Assembly: GCA_963663805.2 (NCBI GenBank)
Contig: CAXXMR010000019.1
Span: 32,001 to 96,000, forward strand
Source: Sedimentisphaerales bacterium
Lineage (GTDB): Bacteria; Planctomycetota; Phycisphaerae; Sedimentisphaerales; SM23-30
Direction of reading: 5' to 3'
DNA: 64,000 bases
A model generated the notes under the pieces. That model worked only from the letters and a program-made list of their open reading frames with translations, was not told the DNA's origin and did no database searches. The position numbers and the translations under genes were made by a program. Every line of letters begins with the position of its first letter. Position 1 is the stretch's first letter. Below are positions 1 to 10,119 of the stretch, one piece after another.

Positions 1-452
1 ACTTCTTCTTTGTTCCACTGACCGAGCGGTTTCAGGAAGCCGCGTTGGGCGGGGGCGATGCCGTAAATTGAGCCGTGATACTGATATGGTTTGAGGTCGG
101 CATATTTGGGGGCGGTGTTATCAAGGATTTGTATTTCCATACCGAGGTAAGCGGCGTTGCCCTGGAGTGGGGCTCTTATGGCTAGGCCGTTGTTGCCGGC
201 GGGGGGGAGTTTGAATTCGAATTTCAGATGGAAATCGGCGAATTCTTTTTCGGTGAAAAGATTACTGCCCTTACAGATAAGAACGCCGTTTTCGACATGG
301 TAATTATCTGTATCGCCGGTCCAGCCGTTGAGATTTTGGCCGTTGAAAAGCGTTGTCCATACTTCCCCCTCATGTTTCCAATCGGAAGAACAACAACCGG
401 CAAGCAAAGTAACGAAAGCAATTACCAATAAAATATTAAATAGTGTTTTCAT
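1..452 (-). CDS. DUF1080 (3-keto-disaccharide hydrolase family) lipoprotein, runs off the window edge
   Basis: Absent from the ORF track; hand translation from ATG at 452 gives MKTLFNILLVIAFVTLLAGC (lipobox) ...TLFNGQNLNGW...FADFHLKFEFKLPPAGNNG...GMEIQILD...HGSIYG...LKPLGQWN, the typical DUF1080 motifs. Confidence 0.85.
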   Translation of the reverse strand, partial: MKTLFNILLVIAFVTLLAGCCSSDWKHEGEVWTTLFNGQNLNGWTGDTDNYHVENGVLICKGSNLFTEKEFADFHLKFEFKLPPAGNNGLAIRAPLQGNAAYLGMEIQILDNTAPKYADLKPYQYHGSIYGIAPAQRGFLKPLGQWNKEE

Positions 453-459
453 ATTATTT

Positions 460-1683
460 TTAACTTTCCTGGGATTGGTCTTGTTGTTTGTCATCTTTGA
501 AAAGTAGAGTGAACATAATCAGAATAATAATTGCCATGGCGGCGGGAACCAGCCAGATGTTTTTCCAGAGGTGTCCGGTGATTTCTCCGGCTTGGCTCAG
601 GGTCTGGTATTTCTGTACGACCAGGCCTGAAGCCCAGGCACCGATTACCATGCCGACACCGTAAGTTACCAGAGCGATGAAACCCTGAGCGCTGGCCTGG
701 ATTTGTTTGGGTGCTTTTTTATCGACGTAGATTTGGCCGGTGACGAAGAAGAAATCGTAACAGATACCATGCAGCAGAATACCGCCATAATACATAAAGA
801 CCAGATTGGTCGGATTGCCGAAAGCGAAAAGGACATAGCGCAGGGCCCAGGCAGCCATACCGATAAAGAGCATTTTCTTAACACCCAAACGTACAAAGAA
901 GAAGGGGATAACGAGCATAAACACGATTTCGGACATTTGGCCCATGGTCATTTTGGCGGCGGCGTTCTGGACCCCGACTTCGTTGAGGAACAGGTTTGTG
1001 AAATTATAGTAGAAGGCCAGCGGGATGCAAATCAGCAGGGAGCTGCCGACGAATATGGCGAAGGAGCGGTTTTTCAATAGTTGCAATGTTTTCAGGCCGA
1101 GTACATCGCTGACGGTTACGCGATGGCCCAGCGATTTGGGCGGGGTTTTGGGCAGGAAGAATGAATAGATGCCCAGAGCAATGGAAGTAGCGGCGGCGAT
1201 TTTCATGGGGAGGGCGGAGTCTTCGATCTTCAGGAACCCCACAGTTAATCCCGCGACAATCCAGCCGATGGTGCCGAGTACGCGAATTATAGGAAATTCT
1301 TTTTCGGGGTCTTCCATCTGGTTAAAGGAAATGGCATTGACCAGGGCGAGAGTAGGGTTATAGCAGAGAGCGTAGGCGAAGAGGGTCCAGAAAATAAGGG
1401 ACGCATCCTGCAATCTGGTGGCATAAAAGAGGATGCCGCCGCCGATAAGATGGAGAGCGCCGAGAACTTTCTGGGCGGAAAAGAAACGGTCGGCAATCAT
1501 ACCGACAAATAAAGGAGCGATGATAGCTCCCCAGGGCATGGTACTGTAGGCTTTGCTGATGTCGGTGGCTCCGAATCCCAGGCCTATCCCTAAATAGGTT
1601 GAGAGGGTGACGAACCAGGCGCCCCAGATAAAAAACTGGAGGAACATCATAATCGACAATTGCGTCTGGATGGTTTTTTTCAT
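460..1683 (-). CDS. MFS nucleoside:H+ symporter family permease (NupG/XapB/YegT-like)
   Basis: QLSIMMFLQFFIWGAWFVTL N-terminus, GMIADRFFSAQK, IRVLGTIGWI, GQMSE, LHGICYDFFFVTGQIYVD. Confidence 0.9.
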   Translation of the reverse strand: MKKTIQTQLSIMMFLQFFIWGAWFVTLSTYLGIGLGFGATDISKAYSTMPWGAIIAPLFVGMIADRFFSAQKVLGALHLIGGGILFYATRLQDASLIFWTLFAYALCYNPTLALVNAISFNQMEDPEKEFPIIRVLGTIGWIVAGLTVGFLKIEDSALPMKIAAATSIALGIYSFFLPKTPPKSLGHRVTVSDVLGLKTLQLLKNRSFAIFVGSSLLICIPLAFYYNFTNLFLNEVGVQNAAAKMTMGQMSEIVFMLVIPFFFVRLGVKKMLFIGMAAWALRYVLFAFGNPTNLVFMYYGGILLHGICYDFFFVTGQIYVDKKAPKQIQASAQGFIALVTYGVGMVIGAWASGLVVQKYQTLSQAGEITGHLWKNIWLVPAAMAIIILIMFTLLFKDDKQQDQSQES

Positions 1684-1771
1684 TTTTATCTCCTTGGAAT
1701 TACCTTAACTATTCACAAATAATTCTTTTGCCCCTTCGGGGTCTTTAAATTGTGGACGCTTATTTACTTTT

Positions 1772-2590
1772 TTAGCCTTCGAAGGCAATCAGATTGTCGA
1801 AGGCGGCTTTTACGTCGTGGCCGGGTCCGGCCATTTCACATTCGACGGCGAGGGCACCGTTGTAATTAATTTCTTTGAGTTTTCGCAAAAAATTATGGCC
1901 GCCGACCTGTCCTCTGGTCCAGGGTACTTCGGTTCCCCACTGGCCGGGAGTTGAGGCGGGCAGGGCGTCTTTGATGTGGACATGTTTGACCCAGGGGGCA
2001 AGTTTTTCGAGGGACAGGCAGGGGTCGCCTTTGCCGTAAAGAATCATATTGGCGGGGTCAAAGTTGATTTGGACGGCGGGATGATTGAGGTCTTGTAAAA
2101 ACTGTGCTAAATTTTCGGCTGATTCCTGGCCGGTTTCCATTAAGAGAATGATTTGATTATTTTGGGCGTAGTCGGCGAACGCTTTTACCCGGTCGAGCAG
2201 TTTCTGATAGTCGGCGGTGTTTGCGTGGTCAATAAAGCCGATATGAGTAGAAAGGTATGGGGCGTTGAGCTTTTGGGCAGCCTCTACAGCTTTGGTGAAC
2301 AACTGGTAATTTTGCGGCCAGTTTTCATCGGGAACGATACCGCCGGTCTGACGAATGGTTTCGAGGGTGGAATAGTCCTCCTGAGCGAAACCTATCATGG
2401 CGGAACTGATGGACCAGTTTTGTTGGCGAACTGTCTGGAGGTAATCTGAGGATTCATCAAGGCAGGCGGGCGTGAGGTCGAGATGTATATGCTGAAAATC
2501 GTAAGTTTTCATTACGGTATTTATTTTCGCGAAATCGTTATGCAGGGACCAACTGCAAATGCCTATAGGCCAGTTGAAACATTTATTCAT
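1772..2590 (-). CDS. Sugar phosphate isomerase/epimerase (xylose-isomerase-like TIM barrel)
   Basis: LMETGQE, INFDPANMILYG, HVHIKDA, GTEVPWTRGQV, YNGALAVECE metal-site motifs. Confidence 0.85.
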   Translation of the reverse strand: MNKCFNWPIGICSWSLHNDFAKINTVMKTYDFQHIHLDLTPACLDESSDYLQTVRQQNWSISSAMIGFAQEDYSTLETIRQTGGIVPDENWPQNYQLFTKAVEAAQKLNAPYLSTHIGFIDHANTADYQKLLDRVKAFADYAQNNQIILLMETGQESAENLAQFLQDLNHPAVQINFDPANMILYGKGDPCLSLEKLAPWVKHVHIKDALPASTPGQWGTEVPWTRGQVGGHNFLRKLKEINYNGALAVECEMAGPGHDVKAAFDNLIAFEG

Positions 2591-3617
2591 AGCTGCTCTC
2601 CAAGCTCAGCAATTTTACAATTTTATTTTTGGTTGCGGATTCTTTTTCGGTTTCGGCGATTTTCAGTGATTCGAGCGACTGGTGCATGGTGATTATTTTT
2701 TCGGAGGTTTCGCCTCGGAGATGTTTGCAGAAATATTCGATTTCGGCATTATAGCCGTCAGGGGCGGGCAGTTCGGGGCAGAACGATTCGCCGTGGCCGG
2801 GATGTATCTGACAGGTGGGAGTTCTGGTACTGTCGTAGATGATGGTGGCTTGTTCGAGGAGTATTTCGAATGACATTTTGAAGTTGAATGTTTTGGAGGC
2901 CAGCCAGCTGCCCTGAGCGGTTACGAGCATATCGTTATCGTAAATATAATCGGTTATGATGTGTTCGGCAGCTTCGGCGGCGGGTGTAGCGCGGCTGTAG
3001 ACGAATGAAGGTATGCCGAAGATATGCTGAATATAGTCAGTGTCGTGGATGTGTAAATCGAGGATGACACCGCCGCTGCGTTGGGAATCGGCCAGCCAGT
3101 TGTCGCTGCTCCAGGTTGGTTTGGTGGAAATTCGCTGGAAGTTGGCGACTCGGACTTTGCCGTATTTTCCGGAGTTGATAATTTGGCGGGCGTGGGCGTA
3201 TTCGGGCCAGAAGCGGATGCAATGGGCAATCATCAGATATTTGCCGGTCTGCTCGGCAGTGTTTATCATTCGTTGGCATTGCTGGATGTTAAGGGCCATG
3301 GGTTTTTCGCAGAGGACGTTGAGGCCGGCTTGAAGGGCCTTGCAGGTGAGTTCGGCGTGGAGATGGGTGGGCAGGGTGATAGAAACGGCGTCGAGATTTT
3401 CTTCGGCGAGCATTTTATCGAAATCGGTATAAATGTTCAAATCGGCGGTGTCGATGTTTTCGGGCAGACCGGGAATGTTACCGATGGTTTCGTTGAGAGA
3501 ACCGGCAATGTTGGGGTTGGCATCGCAAATGGCGGTGACTCGGACATCAGGCATTCGCAGCCAGCGGGCATAGTGCATCTGCCCCATGAAACCAAATCCT
3601 ACAATTCCTATTCGCAT
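2583..3617 (-). CDS. Gfo/Idh/MocA family NAD(P)-dependent oxidoreductase
   Basis: GIVGFGFMG Rossmann motif, VLCEKPMA, AHCIRFWP, GGVILDLHIHDTD. Confidence 0.92.
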   Translation of the reverse strand: MRIGIVGFGFMGQMHYARWLRMPDVRVTAICDANPNIAGSLNETIGNIPGLPENIDTADLNIYTDFDKMLAEENLDAVSITLPTHLHAELTCKALQAGLNVLCEKPMALNIQQCQRMINTAEQTGKYLMIAHCIRFWPEYAHARQIINSGKYGKVRVANFQRISTKPTWSSDNWLADSQRSGGVILDLHIHDTDYIQHIFGIPSFVYSRATPAAEAAEHIITDYIYDNDMLVTAQGSWLASKTFNFKMSFEILLEQATIIYDSTRTPTCQIHPGHGESFCPELPAPDGYNAEIEYFCKHLRGETSEKIITMHQSLESLKIAETEKESATKNKIVKLLSLESSYE

Positions 3618-3669
3618 CGCAAATTCTCCTATGATAATCGCAAGACTCGCCGGAGCTTATACATTTAAG

Positions 3670-3698
3670 ATGGTAATCGGTGCCGGAGATGTTGTCAA
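3670..3698 (-). promoter_or_regulatory. sigma70-type promoter of the sugar operon
   Basis: Minus strand TTGACA-17 bp-TACCAT upstream of the 3617 start. Confidence 0.6.
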
Positions 3699-3714
3699 GG
3701 ATTATAGAGACGGG

Positions 3715-6700
3715 TTACATTCTGGTCTGGTCGGCGGAATTGGAGGATGGTTTGGGGGCATTGGTGCCGGTGCTGCCCATGCGTGGTGAACATTGCAGGG
3801 CACCGGCGGAGTAGAGGTCGAGCCCTCCGTCGCGGAGATAGGCAGCCAGGGAAATACATTTATGGGCCTGTTCCCTTTGATAGCTGGAGAGCTGGAGATT
3901 GTTGTCTAGTTTTTGCTGATTTTTTTGGCAGACGGGGCAGGTGATGGTGCCGGTTCCCTGGCAATGTGAGCAGGTTTGGGTGCCGAGTCCGCGGCAATCG
4001 GGGCAGGTGGTGAATTCGCTGGAGCCGTTGACGCGGATTTTTCCCTGTCCGCGGCAAGTGCGGCATTTTTGTTGGCCGGTGGCGTAGCATCCTTTGCAGT
4101 CGGCCAGCGAAGTGTTGCCGCACTGAGGGCAATATTCCTCATGGAGATTATTTTGACATTGTTCGCTGATACTGCCGATAGACCGTCCCATGTATTTTTG
4201 GGTCAGGTCACGAACATAGGCTGATTGTGAGGCGGTTTGTAGATGTTCTGCGGCGACATTAAACTGCTGGTTGAGCCAGGCGTTCAGGCCCTGGGCGAGG
4301 GCGTTGAGGCTTTGTCGGCGGACAGCGGTTTGCTGAGAGCGGAGTTTTTTTAGTTGGCTGGCTGCATCGGCATCGAGGGGATTGGCGAGCAGAATTTGGG
4401 AAAGCTCAGTTATTTTGTTTGTGGTTTCGGAGGCTGTCTGATAGTCGGCGAAAATCAGATTGGGTTTAAGAGCGGCACGGGGCGCCTGGGGTGCCGGGGT
4501 AAATGATTTTTCATAAGGCTGAAGACGGGGCGGGGCTTTTATGCGGCGTGGACCGGTTTCGAGGGTATTATACAAAATCAAATCCCAAAGAGCCAGGTTA
4601 GCGAAGGCGGTTTCGCGAAGTTCATGCACGACATCGGAGGAATTTTTGGCCGCGTAGTCACGGGCATCCTTGATGGTCATCAGGGTATTGGTGAGAATAT
4701 TTTGGGTGTCGGTCATTTCCACGAGGAGAGCGAGCAGGTCGGCGGCTTTGTCTAGAGTGACGGTCATTTTTTGCAATTCTGTATCGCAGGCTAAGGTACG
4801 GGCCTGGCTGCGGATGAGGATTACATCGGCGCGAACGGTATATTCCGGCCCCTGGTTATGGGTTCGCAATATTCGGTCGAGCCGTCGGGTGTATTGTTCC
4901 AGATTTTCGATAGCGTGGGCTGTTTCGTCAAGGGATGCGATTAGGGCAGGTGAAATTTGGGCAGGTTCGGGCAATTTGTCATTGTCGGTTTTGTCCCACC
5001 GCCAGGCATTTAGCTGTTGGGTGGTCTGGTCGGCATAATAACTCAGCACGGCCATTAGTTTGGTTATGTTGGTATCGCCGCGCCACTGCCAGGCGGGATT
5101 TTGCGAAGAGGAATTCTGCCAGTTCTGAGTTACGGTGAATTGCCGGGCACGCCACCACGCGGCGGATTCCTGGCGAGCGCTGCGGTCGTGTTTCAGGGGG
5201 AGCAGGGCCGGGGTGTTGCTGTATATTTCGAATCCTGATTTTCGGGCCAGAAGAAAATTAATCTGACGGGCAAGATTCAGGCTGCGCGCGTTTTCCATGG
5301 TGTCTATGAGGCCGGGAACGATTTGGCTGTTGTTCATGTCGGCAAGGGCCCGCAGGATTCGGCAGGCGGTTGCCAGCGGCAAGGTTGAACGCCGACTTAA
5401 ACTTTCGAGCAAGATTTGGACGGCGGGTTCGGAGTTCGCCAGACGTAATTGTTCGATAGCATGATAACGCTCGCCGGTTTCGCGCGCGAGAAGCTGTTTT
5501 TTTAGTTCTTCGAGTTGTTCCGGCGACAAAAGCGAATCGAGTGGGGTGTTTACGGGTGAAGGATTCAGGCTGACGGCGGCGGTGATGGTTTCAATTCGTG
5601 CGCCGGGGGCAATTCGGCTGATTAGTTGGTCGCTGGCGAAATTGCCATAGCGATGGTCAACAAAAAGCGCGGCCCGGTCGGCGGCAGTAAGGGTTAGCAA
5701 TGCTATATCGCAAAACATATCCTGGGCTTGCCGGGATTTGGAAAATGATTTTCGCAGAGCGGTGGTGTTTTCGGCGAGCAGTTCGGTAAGGTTTATGGAT
5801 TCTTCCGGCAGTGACGGTTCGGGGATTGACTGGATTTCGGGGGCAGGGATTGGATTGGTCGCAAGTGGTGCGGTTTCTTTTGGGGAGAGCTGGGGTCGAG
5901 TCTGAAGTTCTGGTTCGGGTTGACTTTGGTTAATTTTGATTTTTGGTTTAGGCAGCGTTACTGGTTGATTGGATTGAGGGGGATTGTAAGCTATGATGAA
6001 TATTACAATGATAATCGCGACGAGGGCTGATATTGTGGCGATGATTTTATTTCTGGATTGGGTGCCGATTGCCGCGGGAGCGGGATGGTCTATGGCAGGC
6101 TGTTCCGGTTGGGGTTTCTGTTTGTCCAGGGCGCTGTCCAGGACGTTTTGGGCTTCGGTTTCGGGGATACGCAGGTGGCGGGCCATGGCCATGAGGCGTT
6201 GGCGGTCGGCATCTTTAAGTTGTCCCTGGGCCAGTGCCAACTCCAGGGCACGGGCAAAGAAAAGCTGCTCTCGGCTAGTGGGCTGAGTGTTTTCGTGGGC
6301 GGGGACGGGGATGCGTTCGAACAATGCTTTTATGTCTGAATCAGTAAGGCCTGCCTCACGTAATTTTTCGGCCAACTGGGGACGCCCAGCCATATCTAAT
6401 GTACTGTCGGGATTAAGGGCAGCGGAAACGATTTGGCGAGCATTAGAAGCAATTTTTTTTCGTTCGAGTTCCTGGCGGGACTCAGCGAGCTGCTGATTAT
6501 AAAGGGCACGCCGGATAGGGTCGGCCAAGGTTTCGGCGGCGGGGTTGAGCTGCTGCTGTTCGAAATTGGTAATCAGCGATATAAACTGGGGAGCGGGGAT
6601 ATTCTGACGCAGCTTATTACGTTGGTTCGCAAAGGCTCTGGCAACGTTTTCGGGGGTACACTGGTCCGGCTTGAGGTCGAGCAGGTCATAATATGACGGC

Positions 6701-6756
6701 TCGGTGATATAGGCCGGTATTTCCAACAGTCGATATATTATGGTCCATTCCAGCAT
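3715..6756 (-). CDS. Membrane protein with N-terminal J-domain-like region (no HPD), TM helix, HEAT-like region and C-terminal DnaJ-type CxxCxGxG zinc finger
   Basis: SYYDLLDL...AAETLADPIRRALYNQQL; TM IIATISALVAIIIVIFII; Pro-rich linker; CPQC, CKGCYATG, CRTCRGQG, CPDCRGLG, CSHCQGTG, CPVC. Confidence 0.7.
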   Translation of the reverse strand: MLEWTIIYRLLEIPAYITEPSYYDLLDLKPDQCTPENVARAFANQRNKLRQNIPAPQFISLITNFEQQQLNPAAETLADPIRRALYNQQLAESRQELERKKIASNARQIVSAALNPDSTLDMAGRPQLAEKLREAGLTDSDIKALFERIPVPAHENTQPTSREQLFFARALELALAQGQLKDADRQRLMAMARHLRIPETEAQNVLDSALDKQKPQPEQPAIDHPAPAAIGTQSRNKIIATISALVAIIIVIFIIAYNPPQSNQPVTLPKPKIKINQSQPEPELQTRPQLSPKETAPLATNPIPAPEIQSIPEPSLPEESINLTELLAENTTALRKSFSKSRQAQDMFCDIALLTLTAADRAALFVDHRYGNFASDQLISRIAPGARIETITAAVSLNPSPVNTPLDSLLSPEQLEELKKQLLARETGERYHAIEQLRLANSEPAVQILLESLSRRSTLPLATACRILRALADMNNSQIVPGLIDTMENARSLNLARQINFLLARKSGFEIYSNTPALLPLKHDRSARQESAAWWRARQFTVTQNWQNSSSQNPAWQWRGDTNITKLMAVLSYYADQTTQQLNAWRWDKTDNDKLPEPAQISPALIASLDETAHAIENLEQYTRRLDRILRTHNQGPEYTVRADVILIRSQARTLACDTELQKMTVTLDKAADLLALLVEMTDTQNILTNTLMTIKDARDYAAKNSSDVVHELRETAFANLALWDLILYNTLETGPRRIKAPPRLQPYEKSFTPAPQAPRAALKPNLIFADYQTASETTNKITELSQILLANPLDADAASQLKKLRSQQTAVRRQSLNALAQGLNAWLNQQFNVAAEHLQTASQSAYVRDLTQKYMGRSIGSISEQCQNNLHEEYCPQCGNTSLADCKGCYATGQQKCRTCRGQGKIRVNGSSEFTTCPDCRGLGTQTCSHCQGTGTITCPVCQKNQQKLDNNLQLSSYQREQAHKCISLAAYLRDGGLDLYSAGALQCSPRMGSTGTNAPKPSSNSADQTRM

Positions 6757-6764
6757 AATCCAGC

Positions 6765-9233
6765 CTAATCTGCACTTCCTGTTTCGGCGGGCACATCATT
6801 ACATTGTATGTCTGCCTGGTTGGTTTGACAAGGCGGCGCGGCGGTTATTTTTTCTGCCAATTGGGAAAACTTGTCCTGCCAGGGTTGAGGCAGCGGGTCG
6901 GGATGACACAATTTGAAATAATCAAGCAGTTTGGCGGCCTGTTCGATGCTATTTAGCCGGAAAGTTACCTCAATTAAATTATAATTCGCCTCATACCAGT
7001 TGTCTGTTTCTTTGGGCAGGGCGTGGCTAAGCTGTAGCCAGTTTTTGCGGGCATCGTTAAGATACCCGGCGGCGGCATTGGCCCGGGCCAGACCGCGCAG
7101 GACATCCAGCGCGTTTCTGGTGGCGGGGTTGCGACTGAGCCAGAGATATTGAAGCCGGGCGGCGAGGTAATCCTGACAATCCAGCATGGTCGCGGCATAG
7201 CGACGACGGATATTTATTTCGCGCGATTGCGATTCCTCGTTTTGGCCAGTAGCATTGTGGCGGAGCAGATATTCATACGCATTTTTCAAACGCAAATGGT
7301 GATTCTCATCGGCGGCGTACTCAGGTTCGAGTTTTTTTATCAGGGCGGTCAGAGCGGATGCCATGTAGTCGTTGGGGATGGGCTGGTTTTGCACTTTTTC
7401 CAACAGAGTGTCAAGCTGTTCCCATTCTTCAGCGGTCAACAGGATTCGCAGTTGTAGTGCTGTGCGTTTTTGAGGCTGCATGTTTGACCAGGCTGAAATT
7501 TTGTCTATCTGGTCCAGCAGATTCCGCGATTTGGTGGTATCGGGATTGTCCAGTCTCAAAAAATCGCTGACAAATTCCAACGCGATATCAAGAGAGGCGA
7601 TTTGAATCGCTTGCTGGTCCGCGGGCCAATCGTTGACCGAAGTGATTATCTTATCCAGATTTTCGAGACCTTGTTCGAGATAAAATTTTCGTTCGGTATC
7701 ATTTTCGGCGGCGCGAGCTTGCCGGGCGGAGGCCAGGGCTAAACCGTAAAGAGCGTAATTATAAATTGGCGAGTCGGGCGGGACTTTTTTGAGCAGAGTT
7801 TCAGCCTGAGTATATTCACCGGTGTCTATCAGCAAGGCGGCGTGATACCAGGGCACTTTGACAAGGTCGGGGTGGTCGGGAAAATATGTTTCGAGTAATT
7901 CCAGAAAACTCAAAAATGATTCCGGTTGCAAAGACGGGTTTTCTTTCAGCCCTTTCAGGCCGGCCTGAACGGCACGGGTGCATATTTCGGCGGCGCGGTG
8001 GTCCAGGGGATAATTCCTGATGAATTCCAGAGCGGCTAGGTGCATGTCCCGATATTTTTTCAGATTCCAGTTGGTAACCGTCAAAGTATAGCGGATGTCG
8101 GCAAGTAATTCCGGCAAATCATCCCCGGCGTCAAGTGCTGTCTTTAATGCCTTTTGAGCGAGTTGGCAGGCCTGCTGATAATTTCCTTTTTCGAAATAGT
8201 CCTGAACCTGAATCATCAGGACCGCCGGCGAGTTCAGTCTGATTTTGCGTAATGGTTCGGTCAGCGCGGTGGTCCAGGGCGGGCCATAAGTATAGATTTG
8301 TTCCACAAGCTGAGCGAGTTTGTCGAGATGGGATTGATAATAAGGATTATTCACCGTGTCCGAAGCCAGGGCGGCGAGGCTTTTGATACGCTGGAGCATC
8401 ATGCCAAGTTCGATACTGTCGAGCTTGTGACCTTGCGGCAGGCCGTTGAAATATGCCTGACCAGTTTGCTCGACCTGCAAATGTGAGGGCAGAGCCTGCA
8501 ATGACTGGATACGCAGGGAGGTTATACGTTTATAGGTATCGGCGGAACTGTTCTGCCGGGTAATCGGCTCGAGCAGCGCGGCGGCCTGGTAATACAATTC
8601 CTGTTCGTAAAAACAAAGGGCCTGGCCGAGAAAACAGTCAGCGACAATGGGGTGATTACGATAGCCGCTGGCGGTGAATCGGATAAAACCATGCAGAGCC
8701 CGCTGAAGGTAAACGTCACGTTGTTTAGCGCCGGTGGTTATCAGGGCCAGGGTGTAATGGGTCCAGGCCAGGTCGTAGTTGACACGCGAGATGTAACCAT
8801 AAGCCCGGCGATAACTGGGACGGTCACGGTAGTTTCGATTAGCTTGTTCGATTGCGTCGGCACGGTCGGAGAACTCCTGCTGGATGGCCCGGTAACGCTG
8901 CACAACCTGGGTCAGCAGTTGCCGGGTGCGTTCACGTTCAATGTCGTCTAATTTATCATTTCGGGCAGCGAGGCGACCGGCAGTCTGGTCGATGAGGATT
9001 TCAAAATAGTTAGTTTGTAACGGTGAAAAAGTTGTGCTTTCGGTTTTTAGTTCGGCGCGGGCCAGGTCGATTTTTGTCAGGCCAATCTGGTAATCGGGGC
9101 TGGTTAGCGCAACAGCAATCATCTGGCTGATTTTACTTTCAGCGGCGGCGATGTCCTGTTCTGAGGCGGCGTGAAGGAGAGACGGCAGCGAGGCCGAAAG
9201 CACCGCAAGATACATAAGGCCCCGGCGAATCAT
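6765..9233 (-). CDS. Large secreted TPR-like alpha-helical repeat protein
   Basis: Likely start ATG 9233 overlapping the exbD stop; signal peptide MIRRGLMYLAVLSASLPSLLHAA; TPR-like helical pairs throughout. Confidence 0.65.
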   Translation of the reverse strand: MIRRGLMYLAVLSASLPSLLHAASEQDIAAAESKISQMIAVALTSPDYQIGLTKIDLARAELKTESTTFSPLQTNYFEILIDQTAGRLAARNDKLDDIERERTRQLLTQVVQRYRAIQQEFSDRADAIEQANRNYRDRPSYRRAYGYISRVNYDLAWTHYTLALITTGAKQRDVYLQRALHGFIRFTASGYRNHPIVADCFLGQALCFYEQELYYQAAALLEPITRQNSSADTYKRITSLRIQSLQALPSHLQVEQTGQAYFNGLPQGHKLDSIELGMMLQRIKSLAALASDTVNNPYYQSHLDKLAQLVEQIYTYGPPWTTALTEPLRKIRLNSPAVLMIQVQDYFEKGNYQQACQLAQKALKTALDAGDDLPELLADIRYTLTVTNWNLKKYRDMHLAALEFIRNYPLDHRAAEICTRAVQAGLKGLKENPSLQPESFLSFLELLETYFPDHPDLVKVPWYHAALLIDTGEYTQAETLLKKVPPDSPIYNYALYGLALASARQARAAENDTERKFYLEQGLENLDKIITSVNDWPADQQAIQIASLDIALEFVSDFLRLDNPDTTKSRNLLDQIDKISAWSNMQPQKRTALQLRILLTAEEWEQLDTLLEKVQNQPIPNDYMASALTALIKKLEPEYAADENHHLRLKNAYEYLLRHNATGQNEESQSREINIRRRYAATMLDCQDYLAARLQYLWLSRNPATRNALDVLRGLARANAAAGYLNDARKNWLQLSHALPKETDNWYEANYNLIEVTFRLNSIEQAAKLLDYFKLCHPDPLPQPWQDKFSQLAEKITAAPPCQTNQADIQCNDVPAETGSAD

Positions 9234-9661
9234 AAATTTCCCTCCGGCGCCCAGAACGCAACCTGAGATAGTTCGGCATTGCGGCATGATTCAAGAGCAG
9301 CGACCATCGACTCAAATGGTACGGTCTGGTCGCCATGTATAAGTACCGGTATGTCGGCAATAGCGCGACGCTGACGGAGAAGCTGGGTGAGGCCATTAAA
9401 AGAGGGACATGCTATTTCGTCGCACATTATAAGAATACCCTCGCCGGTGCTTTGGATATAAACATGGATGGGCGGAAAATTATCCTGCGGCACCTGACTG
9501 TTGGGCGCAGGTTGGGGCATCTGGGCAGCGAGGTTGCTTTCAGGCAACTCGAAGGTGCTGGTACACATAAAGAAAATCAGCAGCAAAAAAACCACATCAA
9601 CCATGGAGGCCATGTTGAGTTCTGGTATTCGCGGTTTGTGTGATTGACGGGTCAACAGCAT
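9230..9661 (-). CDS. exbD: ExbD/TolR family protein
   Basis: LNMASMVDVVFLLLIFFM TM with conserved Asp; VLIHGDQTVPF; likely start ATG 9661. Confidence 0.85.
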   Translation of the reverse strand: MLLTRQSHKPRIPELNMASMVDVVFLLLIFFMCTSTFELPESNLAAQMPQPAPNSQVPQDNFPPIHVYIQSTGEGILIMCDEIACPSFNGLTQLLRQRRAIADIPVLIHGDQTVPFESMVAALESCRNAELSQVAFWAPEGNL

Positions 9662-9662
9662 A

Positions 9663-10100
9663 TTACAATTCGACCCCCTGGCCGCCCGATTCGCGTACCG
9701 CAACTTTCACATTGGAAATTCCGCGGCTGGAACATATATTCATAACGGCGGCAACATTTCGCCAGGGTGTTTGACGGTCGCCGCGAATAAGGATGGTTAT
9801 TTGGGATGCTTCGTGGTTCTGTAGTTTTTCCGCGAGCAGGCCGTCGAATGACATTGTGGTGTAGGGCTGACTGTCGATTACCATCCGACCGTCGTTATGA
9901 ATGTTGACGACCAGACGCAGAGGCTCGGAGCTAAAGGCTGGGTCGGCCTCGGCAACTTCGGGCAGGGCGAGCTTATCGACTTTTATCTGGGTCAGCTGGG
10001 TAACCGTCATAAAGAAAATAATGAGCAGAAAAACCACATCTATCAACGGGGCGATGTTGATACGGCAGGTGGGGGCTGGTTTTTTGGTACGAAGCTGCAT
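9663..10100 (-). CDS. exbD: ExbD/TolR family protein
   Basis: INIAPLIDVVFLLIIFFM TM with conserved Asp; ILIRGDRQTPW. Confidence 0.88.
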   Translation of the reverse strand: MQLRTKKPAPTCRINIAPLIDVVFLLIIFFMTVTQLTQIKVDKLALPEVAEADPAFSSEPLRLVVNIHNDGRMVIDSQPYTTMSFDGLLAEKLQNHEASQITILIRGDRQTPWRNVAAVMNICSSRGISNVKVAVRESGGQGVEL

Positions 10101-10119
10101 CAGCTAACCTTTGGATGAT

